Shown: positions 8,272 through 20,073 of the stretch, one piece after another
How positions within the stretch are numbered: the stretch's first letter is position 1
Layout: each line of letters begins with the position of its first letter
Source of the DNA: Planctomycetota bacterium
GTDB taxonomy: Bacteria > Planctomycetota > UBA1135 > UBA2386
Assembly (NCBI GenBank): GCA_046290465.1
Contig: JBKAGP010000001.1
Coordinates: 4,896,001 to 4,960,000 of the forward strand
Reading direction: 5' to 3'
DNA length: 64,000 nt
The notes under the pieces: model-generated
Told to the model about the DNA's origin: nothing
Seen by the model: only the letters and a program-made list of their open reading frames with translations
Databases searched by the model: none
Made by a program: the position numbers and the translations under genes

Positions 8272-9225
8272 TCAGCTGTTGCGTTTTCCGAACGAAAAAC
8301 GGTGGCGCAGCGGGCCCGGATCCGCCGCGTCCGGCGTCGCCACGACCTCGCCGCCGACCGCGAGCCGGGCGCACGAACGCACCAGCGTGTCGGCGATGAA
8401 GCCACCGCGTCGGCCGTCGACGTGCTCGCGGACGGGTGTGCACGCGTGCTGCAGCAGCGCCGCCGGCACGGCGAGGAAGCGGCTGCGCAGGCGCCAGCCG
8501 ACCACCACGCGCGGCAGTTCGACGTCGAGTCGCAGGTCGTCGCGATGCGCTTCGCCGCGCAGCACCAGGCGGCACGGCCAGCCGACCGGGCCGCGACCGA
8601 GGCGGCCCTCGAGCGTCAGTTCGGTGGCGAGCTTGCCGGTGACGTAGCGGACCGGCGCGAGGAACTGCGCCGAGAACAGCCGCGGGCGTTCGTCGGGGGA
8701 GGCGACGAACGCGTCGAGCGTGCCGTAGTCGCGGCGCGCCTCGAACCACAGGCAGTTCTCCGACTGGAAGTCGCTGGCGCGGTCGACGAGCAGCACGCCG
8801 CCCTTGCGCGAGAAGCGCGCGCGCGCGCCGCCGGAGGCGACCAGCAGGTCCTTCTTGCGGCGCAGTTCGCGACCCTCGAACGTCTGCGCCGTGTCGTCGA
8901 CGACGGGCGGCTCGTCGGGCTCCGGTGCGAGCGAACACGCCTCCTCGAGCCGCGCCGCGAAGCCGCGCGCGACGCCGTCCTGCACCGTGCCGGCCCACAG
9001 GTCGGGGTGCCGTTCGCGGTCGAGATCTGCCAGATGGGCGCGGGCGGCCTCGGAGCGCGCCACGGCGCGTTCGGCGCGGTGGATCAGCTGCTTGAGGTCG
9101 ATGCGGCAGTCGGCGCTGCCCGCTGCCGGCGAGCAGGTCGCCGCGGCGTCTCGCTTTTCGCCCTGCAGCACCTGGAGCAGGGTCGCGGCGAGGCGATCCG
9201 GGTGGGGCTGCGGCGGCGGGTGCAT
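8272..9225 (-). CDS. Hypothetical protein resembling middle/C-terminal parts of a GH38 alpha-mannosidase, without the catalytic N-terminal domain
   Basis: ATG at 9225; LKQLIHRAER, HPDLWAGTVQDGV..R..EA, D.GT..AF, WRLRSRF, TLVRS..L...TPDA..G...F echo GH38 motifs in the right order. Confidence 0.45.
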   Translation of the reverse strand: MHPPPQPHPDRLAATLLQVLQGEKRDAAATCSPAAGSADCRIDLKQLIHRAERAVARSEAARAHLADLDRERHPDLWAGTVQDGVARGFAARLEEACSLAPEPDEPPVVDDTAQTFEGRELRRKKDLLVASGGARARFSRKGGVLLVDRASDFQSENCLWFEARRDYGTLDAFVASPDERPRLFSAQFLAPVRYVTGKLATELTLEGRLGRGPVGWPCRLVLRGEAHRDDLRLDVELPRVVVGWRLRSRFLAVPAALLQHACTPVREHVDGRRGGFIADTLVRSCARLAVGGEVVATPDAADPGPLRHRFSFGKRNS

Positions 9226-9313
9226 CGCGCGATCTTGACGCGAGCTTGCTTCCCTTGCCACAGGCCAGTTGTTCGTTTCAGCAACGGCAGGGAAGTGCCG
9301 ATGAGAACGCACG

Positions 9314-11590
9314 ATGAACCACGTCCGGATCCACGGTGACCCGTTCGGAGACCGCTCCGACGCGAGCGCGCTGCGCAGCTTCCTGCGCTTCGCGCTCGGC
9401 AACGGCATGCACGCGTCGTTGTCGCTGTCAGCGGTCCCGGCGTGCGCGGCCGGGCCGGGCGAACGGCTGATCCCGCTGTCGGACGGGGTGCGCAACTGGA
9501 ACGCGGCGACCCGGCTGCCGCCGGCCGAGGTCGAGCTGATCCTGCGCGCCGCACAGGCGCATGCCGTGGCGACCGCGCCGCTGGTGGTGTTCGCCGACCC
9601 GGTCGAGCGCGACGACGCGGTGCGGTTGGCGGGCCTCGAGTGGCCGAAGGCCTCGGCGGTCGTGGTCGCGCGCTGCGGCATGAGCGCGCCCGAGCTGATG
9701 GATCGCGTGCGCGGCGAGCTGCGCTGGGCCGGCTCCGAGCGGCAGCGTCACGGCTGCTCCGAGGGCGAGCTGCGCTCGTGGATCGCGCTCGGCGACGGCG
9801 AGGCGACCAGCGTCGTGCACGTCGCCGACGACCCGTTCGCCGGTGGCACCGACCTGGTCGTGACGACGTTCGCGCAGCACTTCGCCGACCGCGGGCTGCG
9901 CCTGCGGCTGGTGCTGCCGGGCGTGCAGCAGGGCGCGATCGCGGAGCTGCGCACGCTGGCCGGCGACGCCGCTGCGGCGATCGACGTCGTGCAGGAGCCG
10001 TTCGCAGCGCACCACGCGCTCGACGCGGCCGTCATCGTGCAGCCCTGCCGTCGCTTCTCGCGGTCGCGCGAGCTGGTGTTCGCGCTGGCGTCGGCCCGCC
10101 CGGTCGTGGCGGCGCGCTTTGCCGACAACGCCGAGCTGTTGGCCGGCCGCGCGGTGGTGCACCCGGTCGGTGGCCGCTACGTCCGCGAGGACGCCGTGCA
10201 CGGGCCCCACTTCGCGCCGCACCCGATCGCGCTCGCCGCCGCGTGGTCAGATGCGCTCGGCGAGAGCCGGCCGTCGCCGACGGGCGCGCGGGCGCGCGCG
10301 CACGTCGTCGCCGAGCTGACGCGCGGGCGCCCGGCAACGCCGCCGCCGCCGATCCATCCGATCGGCCAGACGCGTCCGACCGTGGTGCTCGAGGCGCCGA
10401 TGTTCGAAACCTCGTCGTCGGCCGAGCTGACCATCGAGACGGCGCGCGCGCTGCACGCGCGCGGCAACGTCGAACTGCGGCTCGTGCCGCAGGCACCGTT
10501 CCGCCACGACCTCGCCTGGCTGCGGGCGCGTGCGCCCGAACTCGAGCCGTGCCTGACGCGCGATCCCGGTCGCGTCGACCTGTGGCTGTCGTCGGGTTGG
10601 CCGGTGCGCGCCGACCGGCCCGACTGCCGGCAATGGGCGCTGCGGGTCGACTGGGAATACGGCGCGCTGCCGCAGAGCCTGACCCCGCACGTCACCGAGG
10701 ACGCCGACCGCGTCGTGGTGCACAGCGAGCACGTCTACCGGACCGTGACGGCGGCCGGCCGTGCGATGCCGGACGTCTCGGTGGTGCCGCACGGCGTCGA
10801 TGCCGCGATGTGCGCCGATGCGGTGCCGGATCCGCGCGTCGTCGCGTTCAAGGGCGAGCTGCCGGCCGTGCTGTTCTGCGGCGGCCTGGTGTGGCGCAAG
10901 GGCTTCGACGTTTTCTTGAGCGCGGTGCTCGCGGCGCGCGCCGAGGGCCACGAGTTCGTCGTCGTCGTCAAGGGGATCGGCGCCGAGCAGCACTACGGCG
11001 GCTATCACCTCGGCGGCCTGCTCGAGCGATTCGAGGCCACCGAAGGAACGCCGCCGCTGCTGCGCATCGACGGCAACCTGTCGCGCGAGCAGCTGGCGTC
11101 GGTCTACACGGCTTGTGACGTGATGCTGCACCCGTATCGCGGTGAGGGCTTCTGCATGCCGGTGCTCGAGGCGCGCGCCTGTGGCCTGCCGGTGATCGCC
11201 ACCGGCAGCGGTGCGACCGAGCCGTTGATGACCGGGGCGGGCGCGTTCCGGATCCGGTCGGAGCGGCGCGCGCTGGACCTGCCGGGGGCGCACGTCTCGA
11301 AGCCGTGGATCTTCGAGCCGGATCCGGCGAGCGCGACCGAGCAGCTCGATCGGGTGCTCGGCAACCTCGCCGAAGAACGGCAGCTCGCCCGTGACCTGTC
11401 GCAGGCGGTGCGCGAGGCGTTCACGTGGGACATGGCCGCGGCGGCGATCGAGCAGTTCGCCGACGTCGGGCTGCGCCAGCGGAGCGTGCGGCCCTCGCGC
11501 GCGGAGCCGACCGTGGTGCTGCCACCGGTGCCGCCGAGGACCGTGGCGCCCGCGCCGGCGGCGGTGCGACCGCAGCCGGTCCGCAGCTAG
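9314..11590 (+). CDS. GT4 (GT-B fold) glycosyltransferase with a degenerate N-terminal GT4-like copy
   Basis: C-half: WEYGALP, VPHGVD, LFCGGLVWRKGFD, HPYRGEGFCMPVLEARACGLPVIAT, FTWD. Confidence 0.85.
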   Translation: MNHVRIHGDPFGDRSDASALRSFLRFALGNGMHASLSLSAVPACAAGPGERLIPLSDGVRNWNAATRLPPAEVELILRAAQAHAVATAPLVVFADPVERDDAVRLAGLEWPKASAVVVARCGMSAPELMDRVRGELRWAGSERQRHGCSEGELRSWIALGDGEATSVVHVADDPFAGGTDLVVTTFAQHFADRGLRLRLVLPGVQQGAIAELRTLAGDAAAAIDVVQEPFAAHHALDAAVIVQPCRRFSRSRELVFALASARPVVAARFADNAELLAGRAVVHPVGGRYVREDAVHGPHFAPHPIALAAAWSDALGESRPSPTGARARAHVVAELTRGRPATPPPPIHPIGQTRPTVVLEAPMFETSSSAELTIETARALHARGNVELRLVPQAPFRHDLAWLRARAPELEPCLTRDPGRVDLWLSSGWPVRADRPDCRQWALRVDWEYGALPQSLTPHVTEDADRVVVHSEHVYRTVTAAGRAMPDVSVVPHGVDAAMCADAVPDPRVVAFKGELPAVLFCGGLVWRKGFDVFLSAVLAARAEGHEFVVVVKGIGAEQHYGGYHLGGLLERFEATEGTPPLLRIDGNLSREQLASVYTACDVMLHPYRGEGFCMPVLEARACGLPVIATGSGATEPLMTGAGAFRIRSERRALDLPGAHVSKPWIFEPDPASATEQLDRVLGNLAEERQLARDLSQAVREAFTWDMAAAAIEQFADVGLRQRSVRPSRAEPTVVLPPVPPRTVAPAPAAVRPQPVRS

Positions 11591-11683
11591 TCGCATGAAC
11601 GGGTCGGTCGTCCGGAACGCCGGTCCCCAAGAACCCGACTTCTGGCCCGAACTCCCGATCCGTCCCACTAGGCTCTCCGTCCG

Positions 11684-13488
<1,805 letters not shown>

Positions 13489-13492
<4 letters not shown>

Positions 13493-14340
13493 CCGACCGA
13501 CCCTCGACGCCTGCCATGCTCGACGCCTCCGACCTCGCCGCCCGCCTCGACTTCGCGACCGCCATCGCGCGCGCTGCCGGCAGCCGACTGCTGTCGCTGC
13601 GCGAGAGCGGCAGGTGGGAGGATCCGAAGATCATGGGCAACATCGGCGACCAGGCCGCCGACGGCTACCTGCAGGGCGCGATCTTCGGTCGCTATCCGGA
13701 CGATGCAATCCTGTCGGAGGAGACCAAGGACGACCTCGAACGGACCAGCAAGCGGGTCGCGTGGATCGTCGATCCGCTCGACGGGACCAAGGAGTACTCG
13801 ACCGGCCGCCAGGACTGGGCGGTGCATGTCGGTCTCGCGGTCGAGCAGCAGCCGGTGCTCGGCGTGGTCGCGTTGCCGTCGGTCGGTCGCGTGCTGACGG
13901 CGACCAACGTCGCCGGCAGCGTCGAGGCCCGGGTGCTGGGGGACGACGGCGACTGGCCGAGCGCGTTCGTGCCGGACGCTGGCGAGCAGGCGGGCGAGAA
14001 GCTCCGGCTGGTCGCGAGCCGCAGCCACACGCCGGAGTGGATGCAGAAGTTCGCAGCCGGCATGGGCGACGCAGAGCTGGTCCCGTGTGGCAGCGTCGGC
14101 TTCAAGGTGTCGATGCTGCTGTTCGGCAAGGCCGACATCTACGTGCACAAGGTCGGCCTCAAGGAGTGGGACACGTGTGCGCCGGAGGCGATCGCACGCG
14201 CCGCCGGCTACGAGGTCTGCCGCTTCGACGGCAAGGCGCACCGCTACAACCAGGAGAACGCGCGCAACGACGAACTGGTCGTCTGCCGGCCGTGGTTGAA
14301 GGAGCGCGTGCTCGCCGGCCTGCAGCAGGTCGGGGCCTGA
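13489..14340 (+). CDS. cysQ: 3'(2'),5'-bisphosphate nucleotidase CysQ (inositol monophosphatase family)
   Basis: LSEE, WIVDPLDGTKEY, VASRSH, GSVGFK, EWDTCAP; ATGA overlap with permease (alternative ATG 13516). Confidence 0.88.
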
Positions 14341-14356
14341 TCGCTGCGCGCGCGGC

Positions 14357-15244
14357 TCAGACGATGTCCGCGTGCTTGTGCTTGTTGGCCACGAACGAGA
14401 CGTAGCCGAACACCATCACGGCTGCGGCCCAGGCGGCGAGCACCCCGATGTGGTGCCAGACGTCGACCAGCATGTAGTCGACGTTCTCGCCGCCGAGCAC
14501 GATGCGGTGCGCGCACAGCAGCGAGTAGGCCGGGTTGGCGGAAAACAGCACGTTGGCCCAGTCCCTGCCCATCAGCTCGATCATCATGGCCGGCTTCCAG
14601 AACACCGGCGACAGGAAGAACCACGAGGTCGCGAAGATGCGCCAGACGTGCTGCACGTCGCGCACGAACACGTTGGCATTGCCGAGCAGCATGCCGAGGC
14701 CGAGCGAGAAGAAGAACTGCAGTACCAGCACCACCGGCAGCAGCAGGATCTCGACGCCCGGGTAGCGCGCGCCGGAGACGACGCCGATCAGCACGGTCAG
14801 GGTCGCGCCGACCATGTAGACGACCAGGGAGACCATCGCCGGCGGCAGCGGCAGGATCTCGGACGGGAACGCGACCTTCTTCACGAGGTTGCTGTTGGTC
14901 ACGACGATGTTGCAGCACGTCGAGGCCGCCTCGGTCAGCGCGTGGAAGCAGATGACGCCGTTGAACAGGTACAGCGCGAACTCGATGCTCGGTCCCCCCT
15001 CGTCCTTGGAGTACATGACCCCGAAGATCAGGAAGTAGACGCAGAACATGAACATCGGCTGCACCAGCATCCACCAGGCGCCGAGCATCGAGCCGTGGAA
15101 GCGGCTGCGCAGCTCGCGCTGGAAGAAGTTCTGCACCATGTAGCGGTTCTGCCAGACCAGGTTGGGCAGGCAGACCATCGAGCGCAGATGGTTCAGGACG
15201 CCGGGCTTGCGTGCGTCGGTGTCGAACGTGCGGGCCAGGGTCAT
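14357..15244 (-). CDS. wzm: ABC-2 polysaccharide export permease (Wzm/RfbA-type)
   Basis: RELRSRFHGSMLGAWWMLVQP, NLVKKVAFP.EILP, VFVRDV, FFLSPVFW, NP, HADIV end. Confidence 0.9.
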   Translation of the reverse strand: MTLARTFDTDARKPGVLNHLRSMVCLPNLVWQNRYMVQNFFQRELRSRFHGSMLGAWWMLVQPMFMFCVYFLIFGVMYSKDEGGPSIEFALYLFNGVICFHALTEAASTCCNIVVTNSNLVKKVAFPSEILPLPPAMVSLVVYMVGATLTVLIGVVSGARYPGVEILLLPVVLVLQFFFSLGLGMLLGNANVFVRDVQHVWRIFATSWFFLSPVFWKPAMMIELMGRDWANVLFSANPAYSLLCAHRIVLGGENVDYMLVDVWHHIGVLAAWAAAVMVFGYVSFVANKHKHADIV

Positions 15245-16452
15245 GCCTTCACCTCGCGCGGCTCCAGCTCCCAGTGGTGCTGTTGCAGGAACAGGCCGAG
15301 GTCCTTGGTGCGGTTCTGCACGACCAGCGGCTGGTCCACCGGGCGTTCGTGGAAGCGGTGCACGCCCTGTTCGTCGAACAGCCAGATCGGCAGCGAGAAC
15401 TCGCCGGACAGCAGGCTGAGGCCGTCGAGGTGCAGGTTGACGTAGCCCTCCTCGAAGTCGAACACGAGATCGGAGAACTGCGTCGTGTGCGCGAAGCAGA
15501 GCGTGCCGTCGGAACGCATCGCGCCGACCGCCAGCGTCAACCGCTCGCGCGGTGCGTTGCGCACCTGCACGCGCACGATCACGTCGTCACCGGGCGCGAA
15601 CGTGTTGCGCGGTTGGCGCGTCCGGCCGTCGAGCAGCTCGGCGCCCATGATGCGCGGGTGGTTCTTGCCTTCGGCGTCCTTGACGTCCTGGAACGGCATC
15701 TCGTCGCTGCCTTCGGCGATGTGGTCCTCGTGGGTCGCGTACTCGTTGGTGACGGTGACCGAGTCGGCGACCATCTGCACGCGCCCCTTGCGCAGCCAGA
15801 CGGCGCGGTCGCAGATCTGGCGCACGTCGTAGAGCGAGTGTGAGCAGAAGAACAGCGACTTGCCGCGCTTCTTGTAGTCGAGGATCTTGTCGACGCACTT
15901 GCGCCGGAAGTTCATGTCGCCGACCGCGAGGATCTCGTCGAGGATCAGCATGTCCGGGTCTGCAGACACGGCGACGCTGAAGCCGAGCCGCGCGGTCATG
16001 CCCGACGAGTAGGTGCTGATCGGCGAGTCGATGAAGTCTCCCAGCTCGCTGAACTCGATGATCTCGTCGACGCGCTTCTTCGCTTCCTTGCGCGAGAAGC
16101 CCATCATCGCCGCGTTCATGTAGATGTTCGCGCGGCCCGTGAAGGTGCGCTGGAAGCCCGCGCCGAGCTCGAGCAGGCTGGTGACCCGGCCGCGCACCTT
16201 GTAGCGGCCGGTGGTCGGGAACGTCGTGCCGGTCAGCACCTTCAGCAGGGTCGACTTGCCGGCGCCGTTGCTGCCGATCAGGCCGACGCACTCACCGGGC
16301 GAGACGTCGAACGAGACGTCCTGCAGCGCCGCGACCTCGGTGTGGTAGCGCTTGCCGCGGTTCCACGGCAGCTTCTCGAGCAGGCGGCCGTACGGGTTGC
16401 GGTACAGCCGGTAGGTCTTGCTCAGGTTGCGGGCTTCGATGACGTGTTCCAT
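15241..16452 (-). CDS. wzt: ABC polysaccharide export ATPase with C-terminal Wzt_C carbohydrate-binding domain
   Basis: GSNGAGKSTLL, LLELGAGF, YSSGMTARLGFSVA, ILDEILAVGD..F; ~150-aa C-terminal extension. Confidence 0.92.
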   Translation of the reverse strand: MEHVIEARNLSKTYRLYRNPYGRLLEKLPWNRGKRYHTEVAALQDVSFDVSPGECVGLIGSNGAGKSTLLKVLTGTTFPTTGRYKVRGRVTSLLELGAGFQRTFTGRANIYMNAAMMGFSRKEAKKRVDEIIEFSELGDFIDSPISTYSSGMTARLGFSVAVSADPDMLILDEILAVGDMNFRRKCVDKILDYKKRGKSLFFCSHSLYDVRQICDRAVWLRKGRVQMVADSVTVTNEYATHEDHIAEGSDEMPFQDVKDAEGKNHPRIMGAELLDGRTRQPRNTFAPGDDVIVRVQVRNAPRERLTLAVGAMRSDGTLCFAHTTQFSDLVFDFEEGYVNLHLDGLSLLSGEFSLPIWLFDEQGVHRFHERPVDQPLVVQNRTKDLGLFLQQHHWELEPREVKA

Positions 16453-16461
16453 GCGCGTGGC

Positions 16462-18405
16462 TCAGCTGCCCAGCAGCCCTTGCTGCCGCAGGTGCTCGAG
16501 CACCTTCTGCACGTTCTGCTCGAGGGTGTCCTTCTCCGTGTCGAGCACGATCTCGGCGTTCTTCGGCGCCTCGTAGGGGGCGTCGATGCCGGTCACGTTG
16601 CCGATCTCGCCGGCGCGGGCGCGCTCGTAGAGGCCGTCCTCGTCGCGGCCCTCGCAGACCTCGAGCGGCGCGTCGCAGAACACCTCGACGAAGCCGTCGC
16701 CGACGATCTCGCGGGCCTGGTCGCGTTCGAAGCCGAGCGGCGAGACCAGCGCGACGATCGTGCTGACGCCCATCGTCTTGTTGAGCGCGGCCAGCTCGGC
16801 GGCGCGGCGCTGGTTCTCCCAGCGGTCGGCGCCGCTGAAGCCCAGGTCGCGGTTGAGGCCCATGCGCAGGATCTCGCCGTCGAGCACCTGCACGAACTTC
16901 TGGTGCTCGAACAGCTGCTTCTCGAGTTCGTAGGCGAGCGACGACTTGCCGGCGCGCGGCAGGCCGGTGATCCACAGCGTGAACGGCTTCTGCCCGAGGC
17001 GCTGTTCGCGCTGCTCGGACGACACCTTGCGCTTGTCGTGCAGGCGCACGTTGCTGCGGGCGTCGTGGCTGTCGCTGCGGCGCGCGGTTGCGTCCTTGGC
17101 GATCTTGCGCTCGACGATCATGCCGGCGCCGACGGTGGCGTTGCTCATCCGGTCGATCAGGATGAACGAGCCGGTGCCGCGGTTCTTCTGGTAGGCGTCG
17201 ACGGCGAGCGGGCGGGCGCACTCCAGGTGGATGCGGCCGACCTCGTTCATCTTCAGCTCCGGCGCCGACTCGCGGCGCAGCGTGCCGACGTTGGTGCGGT
17301 AGCGCAGGTCGGCGACGCTGGTCGAGGTCTGCGCCGAGGTGTGCTTGATCAGGTAGTTCTGGCCCGGCTTGAGCGGCTTCTCGTCGAACCACACGACCAT
17401 CGCCTCGACGTCGTTGGCGAGCGCCGGCGCGTTGTTCGGCGTGGCGATCATGTCGCCACGGCTGATGTCGATCTCGTCCTCGAGCGTCAGCACGACCGCC
17501 AGCGGCGCGAACGCCTCCTCCAGCTTGCCGTCGAACGTCTCGATCGTCTTGACCTTCGACGTCTTGCCGGACGGCAGCGCGGTGACCTCGTCGCCGACGC
17601 GCACCAGGCCCGACGCGATCGTGCCGGCGTAACCGCGGAAGTCGAGGTTCGGGCGCAGCACGTTCTGCACCGGGAAGCGCAGGTCGACCAGGTTGCGGTC
17701 GGACGCGACGTGCACGGTGTCGAGGTGGTCGAGCAGCGGCGAGCCCTGGAACCAGGGCATGCTCTCGCCGCGATGCACGACGTTCTCGCCCTTCAGCGCG
17801 GACATCGGGATGAAGTGGATGTCCTTGACGTTGAGGCGCGCGGCGAACTCGCTGTAGGCCTCGCGGATCTCGTCGAACTTCTCCTGCGAGTAGTCGACCA
17901 GGTCCATCTTGTTGATCGCGATCACGAAGTGCTGGATGCCCAGCAGCGCGCAGATGAACGAGTGGCGGTGGGTCTGCTCGAGCACGCCGTAGCGCGCGTC
18001 GATCAGGATGATCGCCAGGTCACACGCCGACGCGCCGGTCGCCATGTTGCGCGTGTACTGCACGTGGCCGGGGCAGTCCGCGATCACGAACTTGCGGCGG
18101 TCGGTCGCGAAGTAGCGGTAGGCGACGTCGATCGTGATGCCCTGCTCGCGCTCGGCCTGCAGGCCGTCGACGAGCAGCGCCAGGTCGACCTCCTCGCCGG
18201 TGGTGCCGAACTTGGACGAGGCCTTGGTGGTGGCCTCGAGCACGTCGTCGTGGACCTGCTCGGAGTCGTACAGCAGACGCCCGATCAGCGTCGACTTGCC
18301 GTCGTCGACGCTGCCGCACGTCAGCAGCTTCAGCATCTCGCGGTTGCCGTACTTCTCGAGGTACTTCTCGATGCCCAGTTGGTCGAGTTGGTTCGAGTAG
18401 CTCAT
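16462..18405 (-). CDS. cysN: Sulfate adenylyltransferase subunit 1 fused to an APS-kinase domain (CysNC/NodQ type)
   Basis: CGSVDDGKSTLIGRLL, AEREQGITIDVAYRYF, DCPGHVQYTRNMATGAS, NKMD; C-terminal TGLPRAGKS...TGIDAPYEAP. Confidence 0.96.
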   Translation of the reverse strand: MSYSNQLDQLGIEKYLEKYGNREMLKLLTCGSVDDGKSTLIGRLLYDSEQVHDDVLEATTKASSKFGTTGEEVDLALLVDGLQAEREQGITIDVAYRYFATDRRKFVIADCPGHVQYTRNMATGASACDLAIILIDARYGVLEQTHRHSFICALLGIQHFVIAINKMDLVDYSQEKFDEIREAYSEFAARLNVKDIHFIPMSALKGENVVHRGESMPWFQGSPLLDHLDTVHVASDRNLVDLRFPVQNVLRPNLDFRGYAGTIASGLVRVGDEVTALPSGKTSKVKTIETFDGKLEEAFAPLAVVLTLEDEIDISRGDMIATPNNAPALANDVEAMVVWFDEKPLKPGQNYLIKHTSAQTSTSVADLRYRTNVGTLRRESAPELKMNEVGRIHLECARPLAVDAYQKNRGTGSFILIDRMSNATVGAGMIVERKIAKDATARRSDSHDARSNVRLHDKRKVSSEQREQRLGQKPFTLWITGLPRAGKSSLAYELEKQLFEHQKFVQVLDGEILRMGLNRDLGFSGADRWENQRRAAELAALNKTMGVSTIVALVSPLGFERDQAREIVGDGFVEVFCDAPLEVCEGRDEDGLYERARAGEIGNVTGIDAPYEAPKNAEIVLDTEKDTLEQNVQKVLEHLRQQGLLGS

Positions 18406-19313
18406 TAGAAGTAGCCCTCCCGCTTCTTGTCCTCCATCGAACCGCCTTCGTCGAAGTCGATCACGCGGCCCTGTCGCTCCGAGTCACGGCTGCGCAGCAT
18501 CTCCTCGATGATCTTGGGCAGCGTGTCGGCGTCCGACTCGATCGCGCCCGTCAGCGGGTAGCAGCCGAGCGTGCGGAAGCGGACCATCTTCATCTCCGGC
18601 GTCTCGCCGTCCTCGAGCGGCATGCGCTCGTCGTCGACCATGATCCAGGTGCCGTTGCGGCGAACCACCGGGCGCTCCTTGGCGAAGTAGAGCGGCACCA
18701 TCGGCAGGTTCTCCTTGTAGACGTAGAGCCAGACGTCCAGCTCGGTCCAGTTGCTCAGCGGGAAGACGCGGATCGACTCGCCCTTCTTGACCTCGCAGTT
18801 GAACAGGTTCCACAGCTCGGGCCGCTGGTTCTTCGGGTCCCACTGGTGGAACTTGTCGCGGAAGCTGAACACGCGCTCCTTGGCGCGGCTCTTCTCCTCG
18901 TCGCGGCGCGCGCCGCCGAACGCGGCGTCGTATTCGCCGGCGTTCAGCGCCTGCTTGAGCGCCTCGGTCTTCATCACGTGGGTGTGCCGCTGGGTGCCGT
19001 GCGTGAACGGCCCGACGCCCTGCTCGACGCCTTCCTGGTTGATCCACTCGACGAAGTCGAGGTCGAGGTCCTTCACCAGCTGGTCGCGGAACTCGATCAT
19101 CTCGCGGAACTTCCAGGTGGTGTTCACATGGAGGATCTTGAACGGGATCTTGGCCGGCGCGAACGCCTTCTGCGCGAGGCGCAGCATGACGCCGGAGTCC
19201 TTGCCGATCGAGTAGAGCATCACCGGCCGCTCGAACTCCGAGGCGACCTCACGGATGATGTGGATGCTCTCCTGCTCGAGCTGCTGCAGGTGGCTGAGCG
19301 CGTAATTGGTCAT
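18405..19313 (-). CDS. cysD: Sulfate adenylyltransferase subunit 2
   Basis: ATG at 19313; [69 protein letters not shown]. Confidence 0.97.
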   Translation of the reverse strand: MTNYALSHLQQLEQESIHIIREVASEFERPVMLYSIGKDSGVMLRLAQKAFAPAKIPFKILHVNTTWKFREMIEFRDQLVKDLDLDFVEWINQEGVEQGVGPFTHGTQRHTHVMKTEALKQALNAGEYDAAFGGARRDEEKSRAKERVFSFRDKFHQWDPKNQRPELWNLFNCEVKKGESIRVFPLSNWTELDVWLYVYKENLPMVPLYFAKERPVVRRNGTWIMVDDERMPLEDGETPEMKMVRFRTLGCYPLTGAIESDADTLPKIIEEMLRSRDSERQGRVIDFDEGGSMEDKKREGYF

Positions 19314-19933
19314 TGGGCGGTTGGCGGCGGGCTGAGGAAGCCGCGTTGTTCGAGCATGGCCTGGACCGCGGCGGCGCACTCGTCGAGCGAGAGGTCGCCG
19401 GTCTTCAGGTGGACGGCCGGGTCTTCGGGCGCCTCGTACGGCGACGAGATGCCGGTGAACTCGGGGATCTCGCCGGCGCGCGCCTTCTTGTAGAGGCCCT
19501 TGGGGTCGCGCGACTCGCACACCTCGATCGGCGCGTCGACGAACACCTCGAGGAAGTCGTGATCGCCGACGACGTCGCGCACCTGCTGGCGGTCTTGACG
19601 GAACGGCGAGATGAAGGCGGTCAGCACGATTGCGCCGGCGTCGGCCATCAGCGCCGCGACGTGGCCGATGCGGCGGATGTTCTCGGTGCGGTCGGCGTCG
19701 GAGAAGCCGAGGTCGGCGCAGAGGCCGTGGCGCACGTTGTCGCCGTCGAGCACGTAGACGAGGCGACCGGCCGCGGTCAGCTTCTCCTCGACGACCCGCG
19801 ACACCGTCGACTTGCCCGAACCGGACAGGCCGGTGAACCACGCCACGCAGCCGCGCTGGCCCAGCAGGCGCTCCCGATCCTGTCGGGAGATCACGCCTTC
19901 GTGGCGCACGATGTTGCGTGGAGAGTCGGTCAT
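19310..19933 (-). CDS. cysC: Adenylyl-sulfate kinase
   Basis: [53 protein letters not shown]. Confidence 0.97.
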   Translation of the reverse strand: MTDSPRNIVRHEGVISRQDRERLLGQRGCVAWFTGLSGSGKSTVSRVVEEKLTAAGRLVYVLDGDNVRHGLCADLGFSDADRTENIRRIGHVAALMADAGAIVLTAFISPFRQDRQQVRDVVGDHDFLEVFVDAPIEVCESRDPKGLYKKARAGEIPEFTGISSPYEAPEDPAVHLKTGDLSLDECAAAVQAMLEQRGFLSPPPTAQ

Positions 19934-20073
19934 CCGGGGCGAGGTCGGCGTTTTGGGCGGAGTACTGTCGGCAGGCTGCGCCGCTCTGTCAAAGGGTTAA
20001 ATCGGAGGCGGCGCGCCCTCGGCTGGATTCACCCCGGTAGCCCCCATGCGACCGTCGGCAGCGCGCAGAACCT

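Noticed and set aside
9314..11590. GT4 as the missing SenB selenosugar synthase
   Set aside because: It is 8.5 kb from the SenA-like gene, about twice the expected size, and has a standard EGFCMPVLEA motif; nothing SenB-specific was recognised.
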